Shown: positions 9,482 to 18,583, numbered from the stretch's first letter. The stretch: DNA of 64,000 nt from an uncultured Bacilli bacterium (GCA_947626895.1 CANQTY010000002.1:6318-70317), one strand, 5' to 3'. The notes: generated by a model from the sequence alone, not told the origin. Made by a program: numbers and translations.

Positions 9482-10728
9482 TTAAACTCAAATTCTAATT
9501 TATTAGCATTTTGAAAAACAACCGCGATTTTAGCCTTATCCGCAGAAGTACGGGCATTATAACGAAATTCCAATCCATACGCGCTAGCCTTGACTATTCC
9601 CTTTTCATTTTTCTGTCCGCCTTTTGTTTTTTCAAAATCAACACTTTCGGCATAGATTGCAGCACCCTCGCTAACCGCTGTCATGGGATTAACATCGTTA
9701 TTCGCAGCAATGCCGAGTTCATGCGACACTTTGTCACGCATAAATTTATATTGTGTTGGTCCCCCTACAAAGACAATACAATTAATGTCTTCGGGTTTTA
9801 ATCCAACGTTTTCAATGACTTGACGCGTTTTTACTATAGTTTCATCAATTTTTGGCTCTATTAATGAATTATATTGAGAACGAGTAACTGGTACTTCTAA
9901 ATATATTTCATTATTATCTTCATCCATGCAATGGATTGCACTTTCATCAAGACGAACAACAGCAGATTCTTGAGCTGATAATTCGATTTTTGCCTGTTCA
10001 GTTGCCCAAATTGCCACACGAATAAGTTTTGCATATTTGTCTTTTATTCTGAAATTTTCTGGAAGATTAAAGTTCTCGTGTAACCATGGTAAAACAACAT
10101 TATCGAAAAGCAAAGTATCAAAGTCACGACCTCCACAAAAAGATATTCCATCATTAGTTAAAAGATTGATTTTGCTACCAACACGCTCTGCAATCGATAC
10201 ATCAAAAGTGCCTCCACCGAAATCATATACTAAAAAGACTCCATTGATATTTTGTTGTTTTGCTATACTCATAATTGCAGCAACAGGTTCTTGTATGAGG
10301 GCAACTTTTTTGATTCCAGCACTAAAAGCAGCTTGTTTTGTTGCATCTTTTTGCATTTGATTAAAAGCCGCTGGAACAGTTATGACAGTTCCTGTTTTTT
10401 CATCGTTACGTACTTCCTCTGGTAAATATCCAAAGAGTGTTCTTAAAACTTCTGCAGAACATTCTTCAGGTGTCATTTCAATATCACCCAATTTAAGCTT
10501 CGTACTTGTTCCCATCAAACGCTTAAAAAGAAGTGTGGCATTATCAGGGTTAAGTGGAGCATTATCATATGCTTTCTTTCCGCAAAACATACCACCACGT
10601 TTTGCTATATAAATCGCACTTGGTGTGACATCATTTTGCTCAGGACTTTTCCAAACACGAGTTGTTTTTCCATCAAAAGACGTAATTGCGCTATTTGTTG
10701 TTCCTAAATCAATACCAATATACATCAT
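9352..10728 (-). CDS. Hsp70-family ATPase, nucleotide-binding domain plus an insert. It terminates out of frame and continues in the 8261..9481 ORF, so this is either a frameshifted gene (pseudogene) or a sequence error.
   Basis: Hsp70 signatures MMYIGIDLGTTNSAI, VYDFGGGTFDVSI and IVFVGGPTQYKFMRDKV. The C-terminal tail CMETGWMSGKWNLQ… looks like an out-of-frame read of VYGNWLDEWKMELAS… from the next ORF. Confidence 0.7.
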   Translation of the reverse strand: MMYIGIDLGTTNSAITSFDGKTTRVWKSPEQNDVTPSAIYIAKRGGMFCGKKAYDNAPLNPDNATLLFKRLMGTSTKLKLGDIEMTPEECSAEVLRTLFGYLPEEVRNDEKTGTVITVPAAFNQMQKDATKQAAFSAGIKKVALIQEPVAAIMSIAKQQNINGVFLVYDFGGGTFDVSIAERVGSKINLLTNDGISFCGGRDFDTLLFDNVVLPWLHENFNLPENFRIKDKYAKLIRVAIWATEQAKIELSAQESAVVRLDESAIHCMDEDNNEIYLEVPVTRSQYNSLIEPKIDETIVKTRQVIENVGLKPEDINCIVFVGGPTQYKFMRDKVSHELGIAANNDVNPMTAVSEGAAIYAESVDFEKTKGGQKNEKGIVKASAYGLEFRYNARTSADKAKIAVVFQNANKLEFEFKCMETGWMSGKWNLQVILSFPLIYQTWEKIILTFNVQMKMVLI

Positions 10729-11138
10729 TCATTATCCTCCAGTTTTTTATTTACTTCATAAATCTCTTTACGAGAAAGGCTCACTGTACCAATTCTAATA
10801 ATATTACCTTCCGACGTTATCACCGTAGGCTCAATTGTCTGTTCCACGATTAACTGATTGGAGACATCAAATTCATCCACATTTAAGGGAGTTACAGGTA
10901 AACCTTCATCGTATTCCCAACCATCAAAAAATCCAAGTTTTAAATCGAATTTTTCCATTAATTCACGAACCTTATTTTCGTGATAGGTATAAGCGGAAAT
11001 ATAACGTTTTGAATCCTCGCCGTAAATTTTTTTTACTGCAGAAGAGAATGTACGCATGAATCTATATTCTTCCACTACAAATTCGGCTATAATACGAAGC
11101 GTTTCCATATCTTTTTTTTCACTATTTTTTATATTCAT
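10725..11138 (-). CDS. Small acidic protein of unknown family whose stop overlaps the Hsp70 start (ATGA). Its C-terminus has a weak, very tentative resemblance to GrpE nucleotide-exchange factors.
   Basis: 137 aa. C-terminal …FDGWEYDEGLPVTPLNVDEFDVSNQLIVEQTIEPTVITSEGNIIRIGTVSLSRKEIY was compared by eye with the GrpE C-terminal beta domain. This is not a confident assignment. Confidence 0.3.
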   Translation of the reverse strand: MNIKNSEKKDMETLRIIAEFVVEEYRFMRTFSSAVKKIYGEDSKRYISAYTYHENKVRELMEKFDLKLGFFDGWEYDEGLPVTPLNVDEFDVSNQLIVEQTIEPTVITSEGNIIRIGTVSLSRKEIYEVNKKLEDNE

Positions 11139-11338
11139 TTTACAGCACTCCTTTGGATATTCCTAAAAATAATGGTACTCCCGTTTATGCAAAGACACCC
11201 ATATAAAGTATCCAACGATTGCTTTATAGCACAAAAAGCGAGATATTGCCAAGTTTATCATTTTTCACCTAAAAAAGCTTAATATAAAGCATAAATTCTA
11301 TATAGAAAGTAGAAGAAAATTTATAATAATATACTTAG

Positions 11339-12670
11339 TTAATTATTCGTTACTTCCCAATAACCTCGGGTATTCCCAACACGCCTAATATAACCCATTT
11401 CTTTTAATTTATTGAGCATTCTTTGTATAGTTCTTGAGGATTTTTCCATTTTATTAGAAAGAACTCCAATAGAGCTTTTAGGTTGATTTTTTAAGAATGA
11501 TAAAATAATCTTCTCTTCTTCTTTAAGAACTTCTTCTCTAGAATTTAATTTATTGCGTCTAAAATAATTATGACGCAAAAAAATGAAAGAAAAGCCTAAA
11601 GAACCCATAATGTAATCTATACCTACATGATTTTTCTTACATTCTGCATAGACATTTTTAAAACCACTTCCAAATGCTTCAACATCCTCGGATAGATATA
11701 AAGTATCTAGAATTAAAGGATTTCTTATTACAGAATGTAAATCTTCTTTCACAAAATCCTCTGGAGTATATCCAATAGGAAAAGTTCCAGGATTATAGAT
11801 ACTAATTTTACTTGGGTAAATTTCTATACAATGTTCAGTTGCAGTATTATATCGTGCATGAGCAAAACTATTACAAATGATTTCTCTTAAAGATTTTAAG
11901 GGAATTTCAGGTGTTTCTACGCGAGACATATCAATGATTTCTGCTTTCCACATGATTTTTTCTTTGATGTAATCTTCTGCTTCATCCATTAGATCAATGA
12001 TATTTCCCTTGATTCTTCTGATATCTAAAAAAGTATATCTTTCGTCTGTAGCGAATACTGCCATTTTTAAAACAATCGGATTTAAAGATGAAAATAAATA
12101 ATAACAAGCATTAGTTAAATAATTATCTTTTATTAATCCTAATCTTTTTAAAACCATTTCAGGATTATTCCCTATATCTTTTAATCTACCACATTTAGTA
12201 GCCTTTCTATAAAACTTATCAAAAGAATCTAATTTAATATCTTTGAATGTATAATTTGTAAGTTTTTTATCCCAACTACTTTCATTATTGTATTCGAAAA
12301 GTTTTCTTAAATCATTATATGGAATTTTTCTATCTTCATCCGCGCTTCGAATATAAAATATTCCATTACAAGAATAAGGTTTTTCTTCACCATTAAATTC
12401 TACTTCAATAACAGCTTTATCATTAAACATTACACGACGTATGATAGGTGTAATCGTCGGAGTAATTGATTCATAAATTTTTCTAGAAATATCTCTTAAA
12501 GTTGATTCAGTTACCCCTTGACCATTAACCTCTCCATTTGGATAAACACCAAAATAAAGCGTTCCTCTTCCATGTTTGTTAAGCATTGCACAAATGGAGA
12601 TTAAAGCTTCTTTTAATTCACCAGTTGATTTTTTAAATTCTAATGTTTCATCTTCCATTCCTAAATTCAT
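11339..12670 (-). CDS. AlbA_2 (Schlafen-like) DNA-binding domain, HATPase_c_4-like domain and C-terminal wHTH: a putative regulator of the RecG-C-terminal-like class.
   Basis: N-terminal EFKKSTGELKEALISICAMLNKHGRGTLYFGV is the AlbA_2 signature. C-terminal LKNQPKSSIGVLSNKMEKSSRTIQRMLNKLKEMGYIRRVG is a winged HTH. Confidence 0.6.
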   Translation of the reverse strand: MNLGMEDETLEFKKSTGELKEALISICAMLNKHGRGTLYFGVYPNGEVNGQGVTESTLRDISRKIYESITPTITPIIRRVMFNDKAVIEVEFNGEEKPYSCNGIFYIRSADEDRKIPYNDLRKLFEYNNESSWDKKLTNYTFKDIKLDSFDKFYRKATKCGRLKDIGNNPEMVLKRLGLIKDNYLTNACYYLFSSLNPIVLKMAVFATDERYTFLDIRRIKGNIIDLMDEAEDYIKEKIMWKAEIIDMSRVETPEIPLKSLREIICNSFAHARYNTATEHCIEIYPSKISIYNPGTFPIGYTPEDFVKEDLHSVIRNPLILDTLYLSEDVEAFGSGFKNVYAECKKNHVGIDYIMGSLGFSFIFLRHNYFRRNKLNSREEVLKEEEKIILSFLKNQPKSSIGVLSNKMEKSSRTIQRMLNKLKEMGYIRRVGNTRGYWEVTNN

Positions 12671-12719
12671 CGAAGTTTCCTCTTTTCTATGTTACGAACT
12701 TATTATATCACATATGAAC

Positions 12720-12960
12720 AATTTATGTCAAAAAAATGTCATAAATAATTTTGTCATAAATTGCCATAAATAAAACGGCTGAATTTAGGGATAATTTTAA
12801 AAATCAATCGATGTTTTGTTTGTTCAAAAAATCGCTTTTATAGGAATAATTATATTTCTTAAGACATGAATTATGACATAAATCAGTGATTTATGACAAA
12901 AAGATGTCACAAATCATTTTTTTGACACAATTCGACAAGATTCGACAAAAGATTACAAAT
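12720..12960. repeat. Cluster of direct and inverted repeats built on TGTCATAAAT/ATGACATAAAT and TTCGACAA, upstream of the AlbA_2 regulator gene.
   Basis: atgtcataaata (12736), ttgtcataaatt (12751), ttgccataaata (12762); ttatgacataaatcagtgatttatgacaaa (12871-12900, imperfect palindrome); atgtcacaaatc; ttgacacaattcgacaagattcgacaa. Confidence 0.55.
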
Positions 12961-12972
12961 TTTTCTTTTATT

Positions 12973-13620
12973 TTAATAGATGATTTGATGAGCTTTAATA
13001 ATTGTTCCTTTTGGAATAATTATATTCCCTAACACCATTGCGTATGCATAAATAACAACATCATCTTCAATTGTAGGATGTCTTTTTATCCCTTTTAATT
13101 TACTTCCTTCTTTTAATGATTTACTGCCTAAAGTGACTCCTTGATAGATTTGTACTCTTTTTTTAATAATCGAGGTTTCCCCGATTACTACACCAAGCCC
13201 ATGATCAATAAAAAATGGAACACCAATCGATACAGCAGGATGAATTTCTATTGCACTTATTTTCTTTCCTTCGTTCATGAAAAAAAGCGCTAAAAGAGTT
13301 TCATGATGAAGATATAGAAGATGATAAAAACGATATAAAACAACTTCTTTGAAAGAAGAATTTGTTAAGATTAATTCTTCTTTTTCATGAATTGAGGGAT
13401 CTTTTTCTAAATAAAAATCCATATCTTCTTTAATATCCCTTTTTAATTGTATTATTTCCTTATTAAATTCATCTTTAGTAAGGGTCTTTAAGTATTTTTT
13501 TAGTTTTTCATAAAGTAAATCCATGGAAATATTTCCTAAAGTATAGTTAGGAAATAAATAGGCCCATAAATAAGTAATGAATTCATCAATAAAAAAAGAA
13601 TGCATCATGAAGTTATTCAT
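12973..13620 (-). CDS. cysE: Serine O-acetyltransferase (CysE-like hexapeptide-repeat acyltransferase).
   Basis: IHPAVSIGVPFFIDHGLGVVIGETSIIKKRVQIYQGVTLG…RHPTIEDDVVIYAYAMVLGNIII is the hexapeptide left-handed beta-helix typical of CysE. Confidence 0.65.
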   Translation of the reverse strand: MNNFMMHSFFIDEFITYLWAYLFPNYTLGNISMDLLYEKLKKYLKTLTKDEFNKEIIQLKRDIKEDMDFYLEKDPSIHEKEELILTNSSFKEVVLYRFYHLLYLHHETLLALFFMNEGKKISAIEIHPAVSIGVPFFIDHGLGVVIGETSIIKKRVQIYQGVTLGSKSLKEGSKLKGIKRHPTIEDDVVIYAYAMVLGNIIIPKGTIIKAHQIIY

Positions 13621-13650
13621 AAACTAATATATGCATTCTTAAATATTTTG

Positions 13651-13995
13651 TTAATCTTCTTTTTTTTGCAAAGACTTTAAGAGTTCATCAATTCGTTCAC
13701 CCTTTTTAAAAGTGTCATCATAATAAAAGCTTAAACTTGGAATTCGATGAATATCTAAAGTTTTCGCTAAATAAGAACGAATCACGCCTTTTAAACGCGT
13801 AAGTTCATCGACTACTTTATCCTTTTTATTTTCATCAAAACAAGTAACATAGACTTTTGCATAAGAAAAATCATCTGAAACATCAACATATGTTACAGTG
13901 ACACTCTTCATTAAAGGATCTTTTAATTCAAAAAGGATAATATCCGAGATATTTTTACGAATTAAAGATTTGATTCTTTCCTTTTTATTTGCCAT
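13651..13995 (-). CDS. rbfA: Ribosome-binding factor A.
   Basis: 114 aa immediately downstream of infB. The KH-like RbfA sequence is recognisable. Confidence 0.75.
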   Translation of the reverse strand: MANKKERIKSLIRKNISDIILFELKDPLMKSVTVTYVDVSDDFSYAKVYVTCFDENKKDKVVDELTRLKGVIRSYLAKTLDIHRIPSLSFYYDDTFKKGERIDELLKSLQKKED

Positions 13996-13996
13996 A

Positions 13997-15874
13997 CTAC
14001 TTCCTTTCTACTTGTTGTATCTCATAAGCTTCAATGATGTCGTTTTCTTTAATATCATTGAAGTTTTCAATGGTTAGACCACATTCAAAACCTTGGTTGA
14101 CTTTTGCTACATCATCTTTACCACGACGAAGTGAGGCTAGTTTTCCTGTATAAATCACAATTCCATCGCGAATTAAACGAATATCACAAGCACGTTTTAA
14201 ATAGCCATTAGTGACCATACATCCTGCGATAGTTCCTACTTTACTTGCTTTAAATAATTGACGAACTTCAGCATTTCCTAAAATGACTTCTTGTTCAATT
14301 GGAGAAAGCATTCCTTTCATCGCTTTTTCAATTTCTTCAGTTAAAGCATAGATAATCGTATGAAGACGGATTTCAACATGCTCCTCGAGAGCTTTTTGTC
14401 TAACTAAAGCATCAGGACGAACATTAAAGCCATAGACAATCGCATGACTTGTCGCTGCAAGTAAAATATCATTTTCAGAAATGGCTCCAGAAGCCGCGCG
14501 AATGATATTGACTTTAATACCTTCGACAGAAAGTTTTTCTAATGAAGATTTTAAAGCTTCTACAGAACCCTGTAAATCTGCGCGTAACACCACATTAATA
14601 TGTTTTTGTTCTGATTCTTTTTGTTGGGCAAAGATTTCATCAAGCGATAAGGTAGATGATGGTCTTAATTCTTCGTTACGTTTTTCGAGTTTTCGCTTCG
14701 CGGCAACTTCTCGAGCAGTCTTTTCATCTTGGAAAACCATAAATCGATCACCAGCGACAGGAACTTCATCAATTCCTGTGACCACGACTGGCGTAGATGG
14801 TCCTGCAGATTTTAACGACTTTTTATATTCATTCACCATTCTTCTAACTTTACAATAAGATGTACCAATGACCATATGATCAGAGACATTGACAGTTCCA
14901 TTTTGCACTAAAATCGTCGCTTTTGGTCCTTCATTTTTATCAAGTGATGCTTCAATCACGGTTCCTAATCCAAGACGTTTTGGATTTGCTTTTAATTCCA
15001 TCGCATCGCTAACTTCTAAGATGGTTTCTAATAATTCATCGATACCAATTTTTTGTTTTGCAGAGATTTCTTTAAAGATATAGCCATTTTGAGGATCCCA
15101 TTCTTCAGGAATAATGCCTTCGTTAGCAAGTTCATTTTTGACTTTTTCAATATTGGCTGTTGGTTTATCAATTTTATTAATACAAACGATAATTTCTACA
15201 CCTGAGGCTTTCGCGTGATCAAGCGCTTCCTTTGTCTGGGGCATTACCCCATCATCCGCGGCGACAACAATTAAGGCGATATCTGTAACAGAAGCGCCAC
15301 GTGCACGCATCGCGGTGAATGCTTCATGACCTGGAGTATCTAAAAATGTGATTTTTTTGCCTCCAATATCTTTTTGATATGCGCCGATTTGTTGGGTAAT
15401 TAAACCAGCTTCGCCTTCTGCGACATGAGAATCACGAATCGTATCAATTAAAGTGGTTTTCCCATGATCTACGTGACCCATAATGACCACGACAGGAGGT
15501 CTTTCTACTAAATCTTTTGGATCATCATGAATTTCAATTTCCTCAAAACGCTCTTTTGCAACCACTTTTTCTTTTTTAAAATCATAGCCATAATTTAAAC
15601 AGATTTCTCCGATGGTATCATCATCTAATTGCGAGTTGATATTGACCATGATTTTCTTTTCCATAAAAAGATATTTAATAATATCGGAAGGATTTAGCCC
15701 TAATTGTTTTGCAAGTTCAGAGACACTTAAAACATCCATATAAATAAATACTCCATTATTCACCTTAGTCATATTTTGCTTATGCTTGTGATTTACATCT
15801 TGCTTTTGGAAATTGCTGATGCGGTTATTATTATTTGATTTCTTTTTTTGCATGTTAATTCTCCTCCTTTGCAC
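13997..15874 (-). CDS. infB: Translation initiation factor IF-2.
   Basis: GTPase G-domain ([28 protein letters not shown]) and C-terminal IF2 domains. Lies in the nusA-infB operon context. Confidence 0.9.
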   Translation of the reverse strand: MQRRRINMQKKKSNNNNRISNFQKQDVNHKHKQNMTKVNNGVFIYMDVLSVSELAKQLGLNPSDIIKYLFMEKKIMVNINSQLDDDTIGEICLNYGYDFKKEKVVAKERFEEIEIHDDPKDLVERPPVVVIMGHVDHGKTTLIDTIRDSHVAEGEAGLITQQIGAYQKDIGGKKITFLDTPGHEAFTAMRARGASVTDIALIVVAADDGVMPQTKEALDHAKASGVEIIVCINKIDKPTANIEKVKNELANEGIIPEEWDPQNGYIFKEISAKQKIGIDELLETILEVSDAMELKANPKRLGLGTVIEASLDKNEGPKATILVQNGTVNVSDHMVIGTSYCKVRRMVNEYKKSLKSAGPSTPVVVTGIDEVPVAGDRFMVFQDEKTAREVAAKRKLEKRNEELRPSSTLSLDEIFAQQKESEQKHINVVLRADLQGSVEALKSSLEKLSVEGIKVNIIRAASGAISENDILLAATSHAIVYGFNVRPDALVRQKALEEHVEIRLHTIIYALTEEIEKAMKGMLSPIEQEVILGNAEVRQLFKASKVGTIAGCMVTNGYLKRACDIRLIRDGIVIYTGKLASLRRGKDDVAKVNQGFECGLTIENFNDIKENDIIEAYEIQQVERK

Positions 15875-16160
15875 TTTGTAATATGGCTTTTGCTAAGCCT
15901 TGATTTAAAATTCCTATAATTCCAACATTTCCCTTATTGATGATGTTACCTAAGGTATCTTTCGTTTCATAATGTATCCAAGGGACATGATATTCTTCAC
16001 ATTTTGCGATAATCTTTTTTTGACTATTAAGCGATAAATCACTTGCAAGAATCACTAAATATACTTTATTTTTAGCCATTTTATAGATAGTAGATTCACC
16101 TAAAACTATGGATTTACTAGCAAAAGCGAAATAAATATAAGAATTAATTTTTTTTAGCAA
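15855..16160 (-). CDS. ylxQ: L7Ae-family ribosomal-protein-like protein YlxQ.
   Basis: VYLVILASDLSLNSQKKIIAKCEEYHVPW. Conserved position between ylxR and infB. Confidence 0.7.
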   Translation of the reverse strand: MLKKINSYIYFAFASKSIVLGESTIYKMAKNKVYLVILASDLSLNSQKKIIAKCEEYHVPWIHYETKDTLGNIINKGNVGIIGILNQGLAKAILQSAKEEN

Positions 16161-16413
16161 GTTTTAGCATCTCCTCATAAAGTTCATCTTGAATTTCTAT
16201 ATCTAAAGCTCTAGATAGGCACTTTCTTTTTTTGGCTTCTAAAATGACTTTTTCATCTAGTTTAATATAAGCACCTCTTCCATTCGCTTTCGAGGTAAGA
16301 TCAATAAATACTTTTCCGTCTTTAGAACGTACAATTCGTAATAGTTCTTTTTTGGGTAAAGATTCATTAGTAACGACACAACGACGAAGGGGAATCTTTT
16401 TTTGATTCATCAT
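16144..16413 (-). CDS. ylxR: YlxR/RnpM (DUF448) RNA-binding protein.
   Basis: PLRRCVVTNESLPKKELLRIV motif. Located downstream of nusA. Confidence 0.75.
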   Translation of the reverse strand: MMNQKKIPLRRCVVTNESLPKKELLRIVRSKDGKVFIDLTSKANGRGAYIKLDEKVILEAKKRKCLSRALDIEIQDELYEEMLKLAKKN

Positions 16414-18059
16414 TAGTCCTCATAGTATTCATCGTATTCATCATAGTCGATATCTTCATCTTCATCATCTTCATCGTATTCTTCATTTTCTCGTTCTTCT
16501 TCATCGAGTTCTTCAAGTTCTTCATCGGTGTAGATATCTAAATAATTGCTACGATCCACTTTCTTTTCTTCGACTTCTTCCTCTTCTTCAACTTCTTCTT
16601 TTTTCTTACGGAAGTTTTGTTTATTGTTATTCTTCTTCTTTTCTTCTTCAATTTGTCGTTCTAATTCTTCTAGATTAACTCTTTGACCCGTGATAACAGG
16701 ATTATATTCCACGGTTTCTTCGACTTTTGGTTCATTAACTTCAGGAATAACTTCTTCTTTTACTTCTTCTTGAATCACTTCTTCCTCTTGAGAAGTCTTA
16801 TTTTCTTCTTCTTGAGCTTTTGCTTTTAATTGAGCTTCTTCTTTGATTCTCTTAAGGCGTTCTTCTTCTTTCTTCTTGTTTTCTTCCATAATCTTTTGAC
16901 GACGGATTTCATAAATCAAAGCATCTTCTTGTTCTTTCATTCTTTCCATTGTAACAAAAGGAACGTTTTGTTCTCTAGCTATCGATTCTTCAAGAATATC
17001 GATATGGTATTCTGTTAACGCTCCAGCAAGACGGGCGTTAACGCCTTTTTTACCAATAGCGATTTTTAAACCACCATCTTTAACGACGGCAATCGCTTTC
17101 TTTTCTTCTTCAGAAACAATATAAACACCGACAATTTCCGCGGGTTTTAAAGCTTCGGCAATAAATAGGCCTGGACTAACATGATATTGTACAACATCGA
17201 TTTTTTCATGATTGATTTGGTTACAAATCTTTTGAATTTTGGTTCCACCTGGACCAATACATGCCCCTACTGGATCCACATTTGGATCAGTTGATTCTAC
17301 ACTAACTTTAGAACGTTCACCTGCTTCTCTAGCGATATTTCTGATGATGACTGTTCCATCATAAACATCTCTATTTTCTTCTTCAAAAAGACGTTTTAAG
17401 AAGTTAGGATCCGCACGAGATACCACTATTTGGGGACCTTGAGATGAGGAATCAACTTTGGATAAATAAACGCGAATTTGATCACCGACTCTGAAGGTTT
17501 CTCTTCCGATTAATTGACGATTATCCATCGTAATCGTGGTTTTACCTAAATTAATAAAGATAAAACGATCTTCCACTTTTTCTACAGAAACTGTAACGTT
17601 TTCTCCAACTTTATTAGAATAAGCTTCATAGATAATTGCCTTTTCAATTTCACGAATCTTTTGAATAAAAATATTTTGACATTTTTTCGCTTGTGCAGTT
17701 GTAAAATTGTCGATGGAAATTGGTAAATTTAAATTATTTTCTGCATCGATAAAGGCTCCTGGAACCTCGAGTAATTTTGCGGAAGCATCTTCACGAGAAA
17801 TCTCTAAAACATCGTCATTTACAGTATCTACGACATGAAATAAACCAAATATTTCAATTTTTGCTTCCTCTAAAGAGATTTCGGTACGAAACATCGTATC
17901 TTCATATCCTTTAGTTCTTAGGGCACCTTCAATTGCCTCTTTTAATGCCTTTACTGTTTTTTCAGTAGGAATCCCTTTTTTCTCTTCCATTTCTTGAATT
18001 GCAAGAAGAAAAAGTTTTGTATTCATTCCTACCTTTTTATCAGCGACTACTTTTTTTGC
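16413..18059 (-). CDS. nusA: Transcription termination/antitermination factor NusA carrying a ~170-aa Glu/Lys-rich low-complexity C-terminal extension.
   Basis: NusA N-terminal domain, S1 and KH domains (…GPGGTKIQKI…). Start placed at MAKKVVADKK, which has a GGAGG ribosome-binding site 9 nt upstream. The tail (EEEVEEKK…DEDDEDEDIDYDEYDEYYED) is acidic. Confidence 0.85.
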   Translation of the reverse strand, partial: AKKVVADKKVGMNTKLFLLAIQEMEEKKGIPTEKTVKALKEAIEGALRTKGYEDTMFRTEISLEEAKIEIFGLFHVVDTVNDDVLEISREDASAKLLEVPGAFIDAENNLNLPISIDNFTTAQAKKCQNIFIQKIREIEKAIIYEAYSNKVGENVTVSVEKVEDRFIFINLGKTTITMDNRQLIGRETFRVGDQIRVYLSKVDSSSQGPQIVVSRADPNFLKRLFEEENRDVYDGTVIIRNIAREAGERSKVSVESTDPNVDPVGACIGPGGTKIQKICNQINHEKIDVVQYHVSPGLFIAEALKPAEIVGVYIVSEEEKKAIAVVKDGGLKIAIGKKGVNARLAGALTEYHIDILEESIAREQNVPFVTMERMKEQEDALIYEIRRQKIMEENKKKEEERLKRIKEEAQLKAKAQEEENKTSQEEEVIQEEVKEEVIPEVNEPKVEETVEYNPVITGQRVNLEELERQIEEEKKKNNNKQNFRKKKEEVEEEEEVEEKKVDRSNYLDIYTDEELEELDEEERENEEYDEDDEDEDIDYDEYDEYYED

Positions 18060-18078
18060 CATTATTTTTATCCTCCTA

Positions 18079-18543
18079 TTAAACAGCAAGTTTTGCCTTA
18101 GCAATATTTTCTAGATCAATATTTACTTCCATTGATCTTGTTTTGACTTTATAACTTAGGGTCAAATGATTATCATCGATTTCTTTTAAGATTCCTAAAT
18201 AGATATTTTCTCCTTTGATAGGATTATTTAATCTGATTTCCATCTTTCTACCCACTAATTTAGGTAAAATAGATAAATCATGGAGTTCTTTTTCCGCTCC
18301 TGAAGTAGATACATCTAAAATATATTCTTCATCAATTAAATCAATCTCATCTAATTTAGTAGATAAAGCATTCGATAATTTTTCAATCTCATCTAATCGA
18401 ATGGGAGATAGATCTTCTCTTTCAACTTCAATCGTTAAATAATTTTCTTTATCTTTTCTACCATACTGAAGCTTTTCAAGAATAAATCCAAGTTCATTAA
18501 TTAAAGGTAATAAATATTTTTTTAAGTCTTCGATGTTCATCAT
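18079..18543 (-). CDS. rimP: Ribosome maturation factor RimP.
   Basis: 154 aa immediately upstream of nusA with the typical RimP fold sequence. Confidence 0.75.
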   Translation of the reverse strand: MMNIEDLKKYLLPLINELGFILEKLQYGRKDKENYLTIEVEREDLSPIRLDEIEKLSNALSTKLDEIDLIDEEYILDVSTSGAEKELHDLSILPKLVGRKMEIRLNNPIKGENIYLGILKEIDDNHLTLSYKVKTRSMEVNIDLENIAKAKLAV

Positions 18544-18565
18544 CTCACCCCCTTACAAAAGAAAA

Positions 18566-18583
18566 AGTGGGAATTCCCACTTA
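18566..18583. promoter_or_regulatory. Perfect 18-bp palindrome AAGTGGGAATTCCCACTT upstream of rimP. Could be an operator or a minus-strand terminator.
   Basis: Perfect inverted repeat followed on the minus strand by TTTCTTTTG. Confidence 0.4.

Noticed and set aside
9470-9490. Programmed -1 ribosomal frameshift in the Hsp70 gene
   Set aside because: There is no X XXY YYZ slippery heptamer and no obvious downstream pseudoknot at the frame junction. A mutation or sequence error is more parsimonious, though slippage cannot be fully excluded.
9511-10612. Plus-strand ORFs (96, 107 and 76 aa) opposite the Hsp70 gene
   Set aside because: They lie antisense within a well-supported Hsp70 coding region, are low-complexity and Cys/Phe/Ser-rich, and have no RBS. 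These are shadow ORFs typical of AT-rich coding DNA.
14481-15083. Plus-strand ORFs inside infB
   Set aside because: Antisense to the highly conserved IF-2 gene, so shadow ORFs.
16413-16930. Treating the NusA acidic tail as a separate gene or repeat element
   Set aside because: It is continuous and in frame with NusA, with no internal start or RBS, so it is a low-complexity protein extension.
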